Below are positions 49,957 through 60,325 of a stretch of DNA of 64,000 nt, one piece after another. The stretch covers positions 18,352,001 to 18,416,000 of the forward strand of contig CM126224.1 of assembly GCA_052327205.1 (NCBI GenBank), in the 5' to 3' direction. Positions within the stretch are counted from its first letter, which is position 1, and each line of letters starts with the position of its first letter. The notes beneath the pieces are model-generated. The model was not told the origin of the DNA, made no database searches, and saw nothing but the letters and a program-made list of their open reading frames with translations. The stretch is from Somniosus microcephalus. Its lineage: Eukaryota. The translations under genes and the position numbers were made by a program.

Positions 49957-50377
49957 TAGTTAGTTTGGGGTGTAATTCCACAAGAGATCTTACTGAAGGA
50001 TGAAATTGTGAGTTAAGAGCCAGATAAACAGAGAATAAAAAGCGAGCAGGACGTTTCTTTGCAGCAGAAAATAAAGAGCAAGTTGCTTCCAGGTTCAACT
50101 GTTTCCTTTTGGCATCGCCTGCAGTCAATGGAAGGATTCACAATCTACTCACTCTGCCCCCAACAATGCATGTACTTTAATCCTTTGCAGTGCTGAACTC
50201 CACTCACAGTATTCCGTGCATAGCTTTCACAAGGCAGAAACTTCATAATTTTTAAGATTAATAGATATTGGAACCGATAAGCAAGGGAACATCAAATATC
50301 GCCAAATCATTTTTTTTTTGAGAACACATTTTTAAAAAAAAGACACATCAGGTGCTACCAATAGATAAGAACAAAGT

Positions 50378-50760
50378 CTTTTCACCTCTGGTATCTGGGT
50401 TTGAACTGCCTCTAGGCTGATAGGATGAAAGTCTTCTTTCTTGGATTCTGTAAAGGGTCTACATGGGTAGATATTGATCTGAAGGGGCTGGGGGCAGGGG
50501 CACAAACCTATCCACAATTCAATAATCCTGTTAGGCCACCTGGATGCTTGTGCATGAAGTGGAAAACTCATACTAGTGCAGCAAGAGTGATGTTTTCAAG
50601 CTGGTGTTTACACCAACGTTGGGCCAGGATAGAAAACCATTTTTTTTCTCTGCCTCTAACCTGTGCTGTACTGGATGGATGAGTACTTATTACCAGAGAC
50701 TAGGTGTAGAATGTTCCACTGCCCAGAAAGGACATCCTTCACTTGATGAGCACAAATACC
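50378..50760 (+). mobile_element. LF-SINE-like element, degraded
   Basis: cttttcacctctggtatctgggtttgaac...ggatgaaagtcttc...ctctgcctctaacctgtgctgtac. Confidence 0.5.
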
Positions 50761-50864
50761 TCCTGTACAAAACACAGTTGAAGGTTGAGTGGGAAAACTG
50801 GTGCAGGGGAAGGGCTGTAAAGTGGCTGACTAGGGGCTCCTTCTGAATGAGAGAGATCCTAATA

Positions 50865-51128
50865 CAGGAAACTCTCTCTTAACCGGCAAAATTCAGGAGT
50901 AGGTTCAGGTAAGTTTTACTATATATTAGTGTCCGTGTAACTGGGGTTCCTGCACCTGTGGCCGTGCAACAGGGACGCCTGGATCTGTGGCCGTGTAACC
51001 GGGGCTCCTGCACCTGTGGCCGTGTACGGGGCTCTCGTACCTTGGTAAGTATACCTCTCTGTAATCCGGACTTTTTGATCAACCAGCACCACGCTGGTCC
51101 CGTCGGTGCCGGATAAAAAAGTTTCCTG
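50865..51128. mobile_element. Tc1/pogo (Tigger-like) MITE, family B short copy with about 3.5 internal 29-bp units
   Basis: TA|CAGGAAACTCTCTC...GGTCCCGTCGGTGCCGGATAAAAAAGTTTCCTG|TA. Confidence 0.92.
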
Positions 51129-51864
51129 TACTACACTTGAGCTGGTAATAAGCTGAATAAAAACACACACTATACATAAAAAATGGGAAATCAAGTCCAA
51201 CACATTAGATAGGTACAGCCAGCCAGAGTATCAAGGCACAGCAAACGGGGAGTTCAGTATCCTTCGAAAAGGAAATTGGATCACTGCTTAAAACAGAAAT
51301 ATAATGAGATAGAAGTACAAATTAATACTGAAATAGCTTGTTTAAAATCAAGCCTAAATAGTAGATTGAGAAAAATACAATTGGAAAAATATACAGAGAT
51401 AATGGACTGCAGTCACAGACATTTTCTACAGTGAAGAACTTCAGCTGAAAACCTGTTTGCACAAAGTTTAAGTAGAATTGAGAGAGAGTAGCAGCACGTC
51501 AGTGTTTATGAACAGTAATAAAATGTGTCATTTTATGGATTTGTGGCTGACAGGACCTAGGGAATATTTTAAAGCTCTGTTTACAAGGAAAAGTGTGCTT
51601 ATTTCAGATCAATACCATCTGAGTTAAAGCTGCAATGCCTTCTAAGCACTTAAATAATTCATTCACCTCTTTATCGCGCACATGCACTCGTTAAGACGAG
51701 GGATGGCCAGAATGGGAAATGAAGCATTTTCCAGTCAGATTTTACATGCAGGCAGAGGAAGCATCAAATTTACTTTGAATTCAACATTTCCTCACTTTGC
51801 TGTAAATGAATGACGTGGACCTGGTTCAGGCTGCCATTATTTCAGCTTAAAAAATAGCTCCACC

Positions 51865-52125
51865 AATGGCCGAGTCTCTAAATGCAGTGCTTAGTGAGGA
51901 ACTGAGCCATTCAAACCAGGAAGGTCATACGTCTCATTCCTGATCTGTGTAGCGGAGCACAGCCAGGGCAGCAGAAGGACTTGGTCTCAGTGTCCTGGAT
52001 AGTGTGTTGTGGGGAGAGGTTGGAAGAGGGAAGAGAAAAAAAGTCAGCCAGGGTTACCACTACTGATTGCTATCTAGCTGCTTCCTGTGGATGTGGGGTG
52101 AGGACAGGGAAGAGCAAGAACTGCA
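51865..52125 (+). mobile_element. SINE family X fragment
   Basis: actgagccattcaaaccaggaagg...ggtctcagtgtcctgg...tcagccagggtt...ggggtgaggacagg, shared with the other copies. Confidence 0.6.
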
Positions 52126-52284
52126 CCGGCCATTATGTGTACAATCAATGTAAATGCATTTAAAAAGAACCAGAACAATTTCTTCCCTAGGATCGGGTTT
52201 TGCTGTACATTTAATGCATTGTTTGTAACAAGTGCAAATTAAATGACTATTAAACTACTCATGAAACACTGCACATACTTTGTA

Positions 52285-52937
52285 CAGGTAGACTATCCTT
52301 TATCCGAACTTCCGAAAACCGAAAACCTCTAAAAACCGAAAGTTTTTTCGTTCAGTGTAAGTCGTGCGCACGACATGACCAGAGTGGCGCACGACTTACG
52401 CTGAGCAGGGCAGAGGGTCACAGAGTTCCCTCCTGGGTAGGAGATTTCAGGCCGAGCCGGGCAGTGTGAAGGAGGTACCGGGAGAGTGAACCCAACAATG
52501 CAGCGGCCCGTCCGATATTCTTTTCTCCCCCCGACCCGACCCGAACCGCGGCCCGTCCGATATCCTTTTCTCCCCCCCCCCCACCCGACCCGACCCGACC
52601 CCCGACCCGTCCAATATTCTTTTCTCCCGACCCGCCCGATATTCTTTTCTCCCCCCCGACCTGAACCGCAGCCCGTCCGATATTCTTTTCTCCCCCTCCA
52701 CCCGACCCCCGACCTGATTTGCGGGCCAGCTTAGTAGGAGTCAGCCGATATCCGGTTTCCAGAGAAGCAGGAAGGGGAATGAGACACGGAACAGTCGCAA
52801 GAGGTAGCCTGAACTTTTAAAATTTATATTAAATACAAATTTCCCAGTCTTATAATAATACCTTCTGAAATCCGAAAAATTCCGAAAACCGAAACTCAGC
52901 TGGTCCCAAGGCTTTCGGATAAGGGATAGTGTACCTG
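52285..52937 (-). mobile_element. Tc1/pogo (Tigger-like) non-autonomous MITE, family A copy 2 (inverted relative to copy 1)
   Basis: TA flanks and the same TIRs. Near-identical reverse complement of 27434-28016 with more internal repeat units. Confidence 0.92.
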
Positions 52938-53937
52938 TATAAACATTCCATATTTGTATATTTTTTAAAAATGTCACATTAGTTTAATGTGTACAGTATC
53001 AAGTGGTACAACATCCCGCTAATGGGATTGTTGGACAATCTGCAGGTTTCAATAAACTTGCTGGTTTTATTTTCTCCCCCATTTTCACATCCTCATAGAC
53101 CACCATCAGGAATTTCTCCAGAGTTAGGAGTCATATATGGCATGCATTAAAAAATTAAGAGTAAATGTGTTTTATTGCAGTAGATAATTGCCAGTTTCAA
53201 TTTAGGAGATTATGCATTGAAATCCTCTATGCTGGAGGGAGCCATGAATCACAACAGCTGGGCCAGTAAATAAAAAAAATGAATTCAAAAAAATTTAGCA
53301 CCTTCATTTTCTACATGTTAGAAATTGAGGTAAACCTGTTTGCCTTGCCTGTAAATACAGGTGTGACAGAATCATGCATTGATTAATAACATGGTCTCCT
53401 AATTTTGATCCGTGTGACTAAAGATTAATATCCAACGTATAATCCAACAGGATGAGTGTAGATATTAGGAGGTATTTTGGTCGTGACAATGAATACTGTA
53501 AGTTGAGTAACGCGTTCTGTACTCTCCGTGATAGCAACAAATCAAATAGTTTGTTCAGTACTGGTAAAACAGGCATTGCAAAAAAACATTCCACAAGATA
53601 TATGCAAACAGTGACTGGTATAGGATCATCCAGTTCTGCTCCAGAGCCTTGACTTGTTCAGTCTAAGTTTACCAATTAGTTATTTGGTACTGATGTGGAT
53701 TTAACGCTGTATCCATTATCCCTTCTTCAGTTTCTTAGTTTAGAAAACGGTGGATATCAAATTATTCTATTCCTTGTTGTGTTTGTGTATGAAAAATGTG
53801 TTAAGTGCTAGTTCCTTCATTAATGATGAACTAATAAAAGGTCTCCATTTATAAAAAGCTCTAATTCTCATTTGCTCATGAAAAACCACCAATGGTTTCA
53901 TAGTGTTATAACCAAAGAGCAGTAGATGGCAACTGAC

Positions 53938-54046
53938 CTTTCTTGGCTTGCAGGAGGGTTTCTTTGGATGAATGGACGTAGTTCTCATACTCTTTTTGTA
54001 AGGTTGTTGCCGATTCCCTTACTTCCTGCAGGATAACACCATCCGA
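53938..54046 (-). CDS. ddx31: DEAD-box RNA helicase DDX31, third-last coding exon (109 nt; missed by the ORF track)
   Basis: Acceptor ttttttccactcacgcacacag|, donor AAAG|gtcagt. Reads SDGVILQEVRESATTLQKEYENYVHSSKETLLQAKK, resembling DDX31 [21 protein letters not shown]...AKK. The phase-1 end joins the next exon (G|CG = Ala). Upstream exons appear to lie beyond the window end. Confidence 0.92.
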
Positions 54047-55326
54047 CTGTGTGCGTGAGTGGAAAAAAAGTGTGCTCATTAACTATTGAAGTTCATTTAT
54101 TTTTGAAACTTGCAGAATACACCTGGGTTATCCATCATGCAACATCTGTGGCAATAATAAGCACTCATTTCTAAAGTAAATATAGAGAGAATTACACCCC
54201 AAATCTAACAATGTTTCTTCAGTCAGTATTCTCTGAGCACTTCAAAATAAAATTAAAGTCTTAATTGGTGCTAGACTTTCATTCTAATTGACAAACAGCA
54301 CTGCAGTCCTCGAAGGGTTAACTAAACAATGAGTGTTTCAGTGAGAAATAATGGATGGGTTTATAGCAGATTTAATAACAAGAAAATTACAGAATAATCA
54401 CAAAGGGGCACGGAGGTTAATCCCTTCAATATTACTGAAAAGAAATAATATAATGTCGCTAAAGATCACATAGAATAAGACAGCTTGGTGTTATTTGTGG
54501 ACTGCAACAGCTCCCACCCAGTGCCTCTTGCAATTTCTCAGCTTTTAATATGAATGTCAAATTACTTTTTAAAGGATGATTGACCTTTCCCCGAGGACCT
54601 AGCGTCATGTTATTAAAGGAATAAAGTTTTTAATAATGGAAGGTATGTTTTTTCTTTCCTTTTTACTGTTTAAAATTAATGAGAAAGTGTAACAGTTGCT
54701 GGCATGAGATTGAACTCAGCAGCCAGCACCAAATAAGAGTGGAAATCCTTCTGAGCACTGAGCAAACACAGATTCAGCTGCTGATCCCTGAGCTGGATAT
54801 TGTATACAATGTGTTACACGTCTTCGAATAGATCGGGGGGCTGACTGGTGGAAAGGTTTTAGAATTCTAATAACCACTTTTATATTGAAGATGGCCTCCA
54901 TCAAGAGCTAAGAGCTTGCTGTGGATTCCAGCAGAAATTGGGTCTAATCAGGGACTTGCAAGTGATATTTGTCTGGGCTATAGAGTGGGATTTAAGCCCT
55001 TCACACACAGTATAAGATTGGGTAGCAACAATAACTGTTCCGATTTTAATGAGTCTGAAGAAGACACAATCACCTTTAGCACAAGGTGCTACACAGTACT
55101 TTGATCAATCATATATACATCATGACTTACAAAGCACATCTATTATTGCCTAGTTAGAATAGTTTTTCACTTTATAAAAACCAGCCAATTATGTGCCACA
55201 TGGTCCCATCAATGCCGTAATTTGAGACCGTGAATTTAAGATGCAGGTGCTTTCCCCTCTCCTCTACAATTTTTTATTTAAGGAATGCTCATTCAAAATT
55301 AATTTGTTTTTATTTTGGAGATAAAA

Positions 55327-55510
55327 GGGTGGAAATTCGTCTCGGGTGGTAGCACAAAACGGGCGGTATCGGATTGGCCGCCTGTTATATACAGAGCCTG
55401 ATATTCAGTTCTACTGCAGTCAGTGGGACTGGACATCAGGCACTGCGTCTAACGGGCGGCCGGTCAGATACCGCACGCTTTGCGCCACTGCCCGAGACGA
55501 ATTTCTACCC
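55327..55510. mobile_element. Fold-back (palindromic) MITE-like element, 184 bp
   Basis: Two ungapped 90-bp arms starting GGGTRGAAATTCGTCTCGGG, with about 19 mismatches by hand count and a 4-nt loop. Confidence 0.85.
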
Positions 55511-55653
55511 CCAAATCTTTTTAAATAATCATAATAAACAGGTCGAGTGATCATGCCTGCCCTTGACACAGTAAAATTGAAGGTACAAGATGAGCACCAG
55601 TTCCTGATAGCTCTGTGGGCACAGGTGCCGTCTAGTGCAGTACTAAGCAAATA

Positions 55654-57143
55654 CAGGAAACTCTCTTTTTACCGGCACCTAAATATCCGGAAATCTCTCT
55701 TAACCGGCAAAATTTAGGAGTAGGTTCAGGTAAGTTTTACTGTATATTAGTGGCTGTGTAACCGGGGTTCCTGGATCTGTGGCCGTGCGACAGGGACGCC
55801 TGGACCTGTGGCCGTGCGACCGGGGCTCCTGCACCTGTGGCCGTGCGACCGGGGCTCCTGCACCTGTGGCCGTGCGACCGGGGCTCCTGCACCTGTGGCC
55901 GTGCGACCGGGGCTCCTGCACCTGTGGCCGTGCGACCGGGGCTCCTGCACCTGTGGCCGTGCGACCGGGGCTCCTGCACCTGTGGCCGTGCGACCGGGGC
56001 TCCTGCACCTGTGGCCGTGCGACCGGGGCTCCTGCACCTGTGGCCGTGCGACCGGGGCTCCTGCACCTGTGGCCGTGCGACCGGGGCTCCTGCACCTGTG
56101 GCCGTGCGACCGGGGCTCCTGCACCTGTGGCCGTGCGACCGGGGCTCCTGCACCTGTGGCCGTGCGACCGGGGCTCCTGCACCTGTGGCCGTGCGACCGG
56201 GGCTCCTGCACCTGTGGCCGTGCGACCGGGGCTCCTGCACCTGTGGCCGTGCGACCGGGGCTCCTGCACCTGTGGCCGTGCGACCGGGGCTCCTGCACCT
56301 GTGGCCGTGCGACCGGGGCTCCTGCACCTGTGGCCGTGCAACCGGGGCTCCTGCACCTGTGGCCGTGCAACCGGGGCTCCTGCACCTGTGGCCGTGCAAC
56401 CGGGGCTCCTGCACCTGTGGCCGTGCAACCGGGGCTCCTGCACCTGTGGCCGTGCAACCGGGGCTCCTGCACCTGTGGCCGTGCAACCGGGGCTCCTGCA
56501 CCTGTGGCCGTGCAACCGGGGCTCCTGCACCTGTGGCCGTGCAACCGGGGCTCCTGCACCTGTGGCCGTGCAACCGGGGCTCCTGCACCTGTGGCCGTGC
56601 AACCGGGGCTCCTGCACCTGTGGCCGTGCAACCGGGGCTCCTGCACCTGTGGCCGTGCAACCGGGGCTCCTGCACCTGTGGCCGTGCAACCGGGGCTCCT
56701 GCACCTGTGGCCGTGCAACCGGGGCTCCTGCACCTGTGGCCGTGCAACCGGGACTCCTGCACCTGTGGCCGTGCAACCGGGGCTCCTGCACCTGTGGCCG
56801 TGCAACCGGGGCTCCTGCACCTGTGGCCGTGCAACCGGGGCTCCTGCACCTGTGGCCGTGCAACCGGGGCTCCTGCACCTGTGGCCGTGCAACCGGGGCT
56901 CCTGCACCTGTGGCCGTGCAACCGGGGCTCCTGCACCTGTGGCCGTGCAACCGGGGCTCCTGCACCTGTGGCCGTGCAACCGGGGCTCCTGCAGCTGTGG
57001 CCGTGCAACCGGGGCTCCTGCACCTGTGGCCGTGTAACCGGGGCTCTCATACCTTGGTAAGTATACCTCTCTGTAATCTGGACTTTTTGATCAACCGGCA
57101 CCACGCCGGTCCCGTCGGTGCCGGATAAAAAAAGAGTTTCCTG
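55654..57143. mobile_element. Tc1/pogo (Tigger-like) MITE, family B long copy containing an expanded 29-bp array
   Basis: TA|CAGGAAACTCTCTTTTTACCGGCAC...GTGCCGGATAAAAAAAGAGTTTCCTG|TA. The sequence on both sides of the array is colinear with 50865-51128. Confidence 0.93.
55756..57046. repeat. 29-bp minisatellite (CCTGCACCTGTGGCCGTGCRACCGGGGCT)n, about 44 copies
   Basis: Highly homogeneous tandem units; GCGAC variant to about 56311 and GCAAC variant from about 56340. Confidence 0.98.
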
Positions 57144-57145
57144 TA

Positions 57146-57485
57146 GTATTAAGTCCCACAGGCTGGAAGGTCCCAGGTCTGATCCCCCATCTGCTCAGAG
57201 TTAGCCGATTTCACTCAAGGCAGTTGTAAGACTGGTAACATATTGTCTCAATGCCCCTGGGAGTAGTGAGGAGGAAAAGGAACAAGTTTGCCTGATTCTG
57301 GTCAAGTGAGACCTGCTGGAATGCGAATGTGGGTGGAAGTTGGATACGGTCAGAATAAGGCTTGGCTGTGACACCCTCCTCGGTTGCTAAGTTTGCCAAA
57401 TTCTAGACCGAGACATGAAAAAGTAACAGAGGGCTACCCAGCACCAGTGGAACCATAAACCCAGTAACAAATCAGCGTCTTTGAG
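57146..57485 (+). mobile_element. SINE family X body; its head (about 55600-55651) is separated by the satellite-bearing MITE
   Basis: ggaaggtcccaggtctgatcccc...gagttagccgat...tgtctcaatgcccctggg...cctgctggaatgcg...ggctgtgacacc...gtggaacc. Confidence 0.6.
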
Positions 57486-58499
57486 ACAAAATGGCAAAAA
57501 AAGGAACGTGCTTAACTGCGTCATAAACAAAATGCAATTACTTTTTTAATTAATCTGTTAATTCTCCTACTCCCTAGTAATTCGCTTCACTTCAGTTTTT
57601 GACCAAGCGATTGCCCAGACCTCAAGGGGGATGGCAGGTGGCATGCAAGAATGCCATAGGTAATATTCTCCTTCAATTTATTTCACACACCTCAAGGGCA
57701 ACTGGCCTGTCTTTCCCCAAACAGGGCAGCAGCGATTGGAACTGAATGGTCACAGCCACAAGCCAGCAATGACACAGCAACATTAACAAATCAACACAAC
57801 GCACAACCATATTGTACATGCTCACTATATCAACAGCTTTCATCCTCAAAATGGAAGCACTTTTTCATTATTTAGCTCGAACACACAGCAATGATATTGA
57901 AAGAAGGAATGCCCTACCACAGCCCCTATTGCACTTACTGGAAAATTTATTATAGCACCGATAGGGTTGTATTACTGTATATATTGTGCTCTTAGGTGTG
58001 ATGCAGCTTACACAAGAAATGCAGTATAAATTAAGTTTCCCAGTGCTAAAGTGGCAATTTGCATTTTCTGTATTTGGGGGACATGACGTCACATCACTTC
58101 AGCCCCAGCTTGGTTTGCAGTTATACTGCAATCAGTGCAAAGCTGAATTTTGAACTTTTTCAAATGGTGAAAAGTGCCGTAAAGTTTAATGTTGAATATT
58201 CAATGAAAGTAAACGACTTTCACCAGGTGGCCAGTGAACAGAGCATTGTATGCATGCTTAAGTATGCATGCACAGTACTTTCTACTGCCCAATTAGAAAG
58301 TGGTGTAAGGAGGTAGCATAACGGCTCACCTTCCTGGCGGTCGAGAGACTTGCCATTCCCGGACAGACCAGCTAAGAGGTGAATGAACTGTGCGGGAAAG
58401 ATCACACAGCTAAGAGCCAGCACCTTACAAATCAGCAGCACAGCAACATTAACAAATCAATACACTTCGCCATGTTTACTATTCAATAGTAGGAACAGC

Positions 58500-58735
58500 A
58501 GACATACATTTAAATTAATTAGTGAGAAATCATTTTAAAACTGCATTGGGAAGAATTTGTATAAAGAGTAAGATGCGAGAGAAATACATTATTGGAACGA
58601 TCTGCCAGGCAGGGTAGTAGACGCAGAACATGAGGTTGGATGCTATAGTAAAAGAGTTGGCATACTGGAGGGATGAGCTTTGGTGGACTGAATGGCTGTT
58701 CTAATCCATAAGAATTGTTTGATTTGTAATGTTCA
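58500..58735 (+). mobile_element. Highly degraded CR1 3' fragment
   Basis: ttggaacgatctgccaggcagggtagtagacgcag...gagctttggtggactgaatggctgttc resembles the CR1 ORF2 end and tail. Confidence 0.5.
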
Positions 58736-60325
58736 TACTGACCACTTGCATGATTCAAAAAACAGTGCTGGTGTCAAACCGTACTTTCAATATAAGTGCA
58801 CCACAAGATCTCACAGGGCTCAGGTCTAATTTTAGGTCCACTGAGAATAACTTAAATAGTGTGAAAATATACAAGATTTATCATAATTGTTCTTTTCCTG
58901 CTAAAAAGTGAAGTCTTGAGATGAAAACTCTCTGTCTTTATACACAGTGACAGCATCATGCATACTCAGCCGTGGTCTGGCAGAGTTAGAAACTCTCCTA
59001 CTTCAGCCTCTGAAAAACACCCCCTACTGTACAAGTTTGATACTTCTGTCACACTAGGTATCATCATGCTTGCTGAGCAAGGTTACCCAATGAATGCAGA
59101 ATATTACAGGCATTTTAAAAGACGACAACGTAGTCACGTTGCTCACCTCTCAAAATATGTTGCACCAGGTCTAGTAACAATATCAGGTCTAGTAACAATA
59201 AAACTAGACAGAATGAATGATAAGGTCGAAAATCTGTCCCAGTGTTCCCATAATGCACAGGAATAATCCACCTATTAATTTCCACACACAATCATCCCAT
59301 GGAACTGCAGACACCACTGTGTCCCCAGCAAGTTTTGAAAATGAACAAAAAGAGGTTTCAAATTATTTTTTGAAAAGTAATAGGGTGCTTGTGATGTCCT
59401 AAGGTTGTTTGGTTTATTCTGTTATCTGAATCTTTTGCCTTGTGCAGTTCAATTATTTTTCTACAGTTCTTTCAAAAGAGTTTCTGGTAATACAATGACA
59501 AATATGCCATGTCAATTAATTATAATCCATTAAAAACCAATTCATAATGAAATAAATGCATTTGAGTGGGTCATTTGTGATGTGCTCTTTGCTGCAGATC
59601 CTGTTTCAGTAACTCACCAGCTACTGAAATGTAGCTTTACTTTCAATAGTAGGATGTCACCTCATTACTATGCAAGACGCCGACTACACGCTTAACCAGG
59701 AAGTAGTACCATTTTGATGGCTTAATGTATCCAAATACTCCATTTGTCATTTCATTAATCAATACAACATTCAATTACAAAGAGAATCAGTTGATACCTG
59801 CTTAATGTAGCAGGCCCAGCCCAGCTGCTCTAGATACTGAACTCCAGCAGTGCACATTAAATGCTGGGGAGACAAGAGATGGCAGCCCACGAATTATTGT
59901 CTGAAGCTTAATTTCTCAGAAAAACTTGACTAATTAAAGTAATACACGTCTCAACTTTGCAATGTAGAAGGCATGAGCTGCAATTCAATACATTTTTAGT
60001 AACATACAGTACTATAAACCGCAAATGTTTTGACTTTCTAAGTAAAGATCAAGTTTTAGCATTTTAAATGGATTTTCCCTATTGAATGGAAGGACCAGAA
60101 TATTACACTGGATTACTTAAAGTATATCAGGACATTATACCGGAAGAAATTAGACTGGTCAATTCATGTTAATTTACCAAACTCAAAAATTACCTTCTAC
60201 TGTGGATTGCTTTTTTAAAAACCAGGAATTTCCCCTTTGCATTAATATAATATTTGATCCCAAGGACAACACAGCACGCTGTTAGCAAAAGAAACCTACA
60301 AAGTACAACCCAGTAATATTACTGT

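Noticed and set aside
55700-57128. Six long ORFs (407-455 aa) on both strands
   Set aside because: They arise because the 29-bp unit has no stop codon in any frame. The translations are pure 29-residue repeats inside a MITE.
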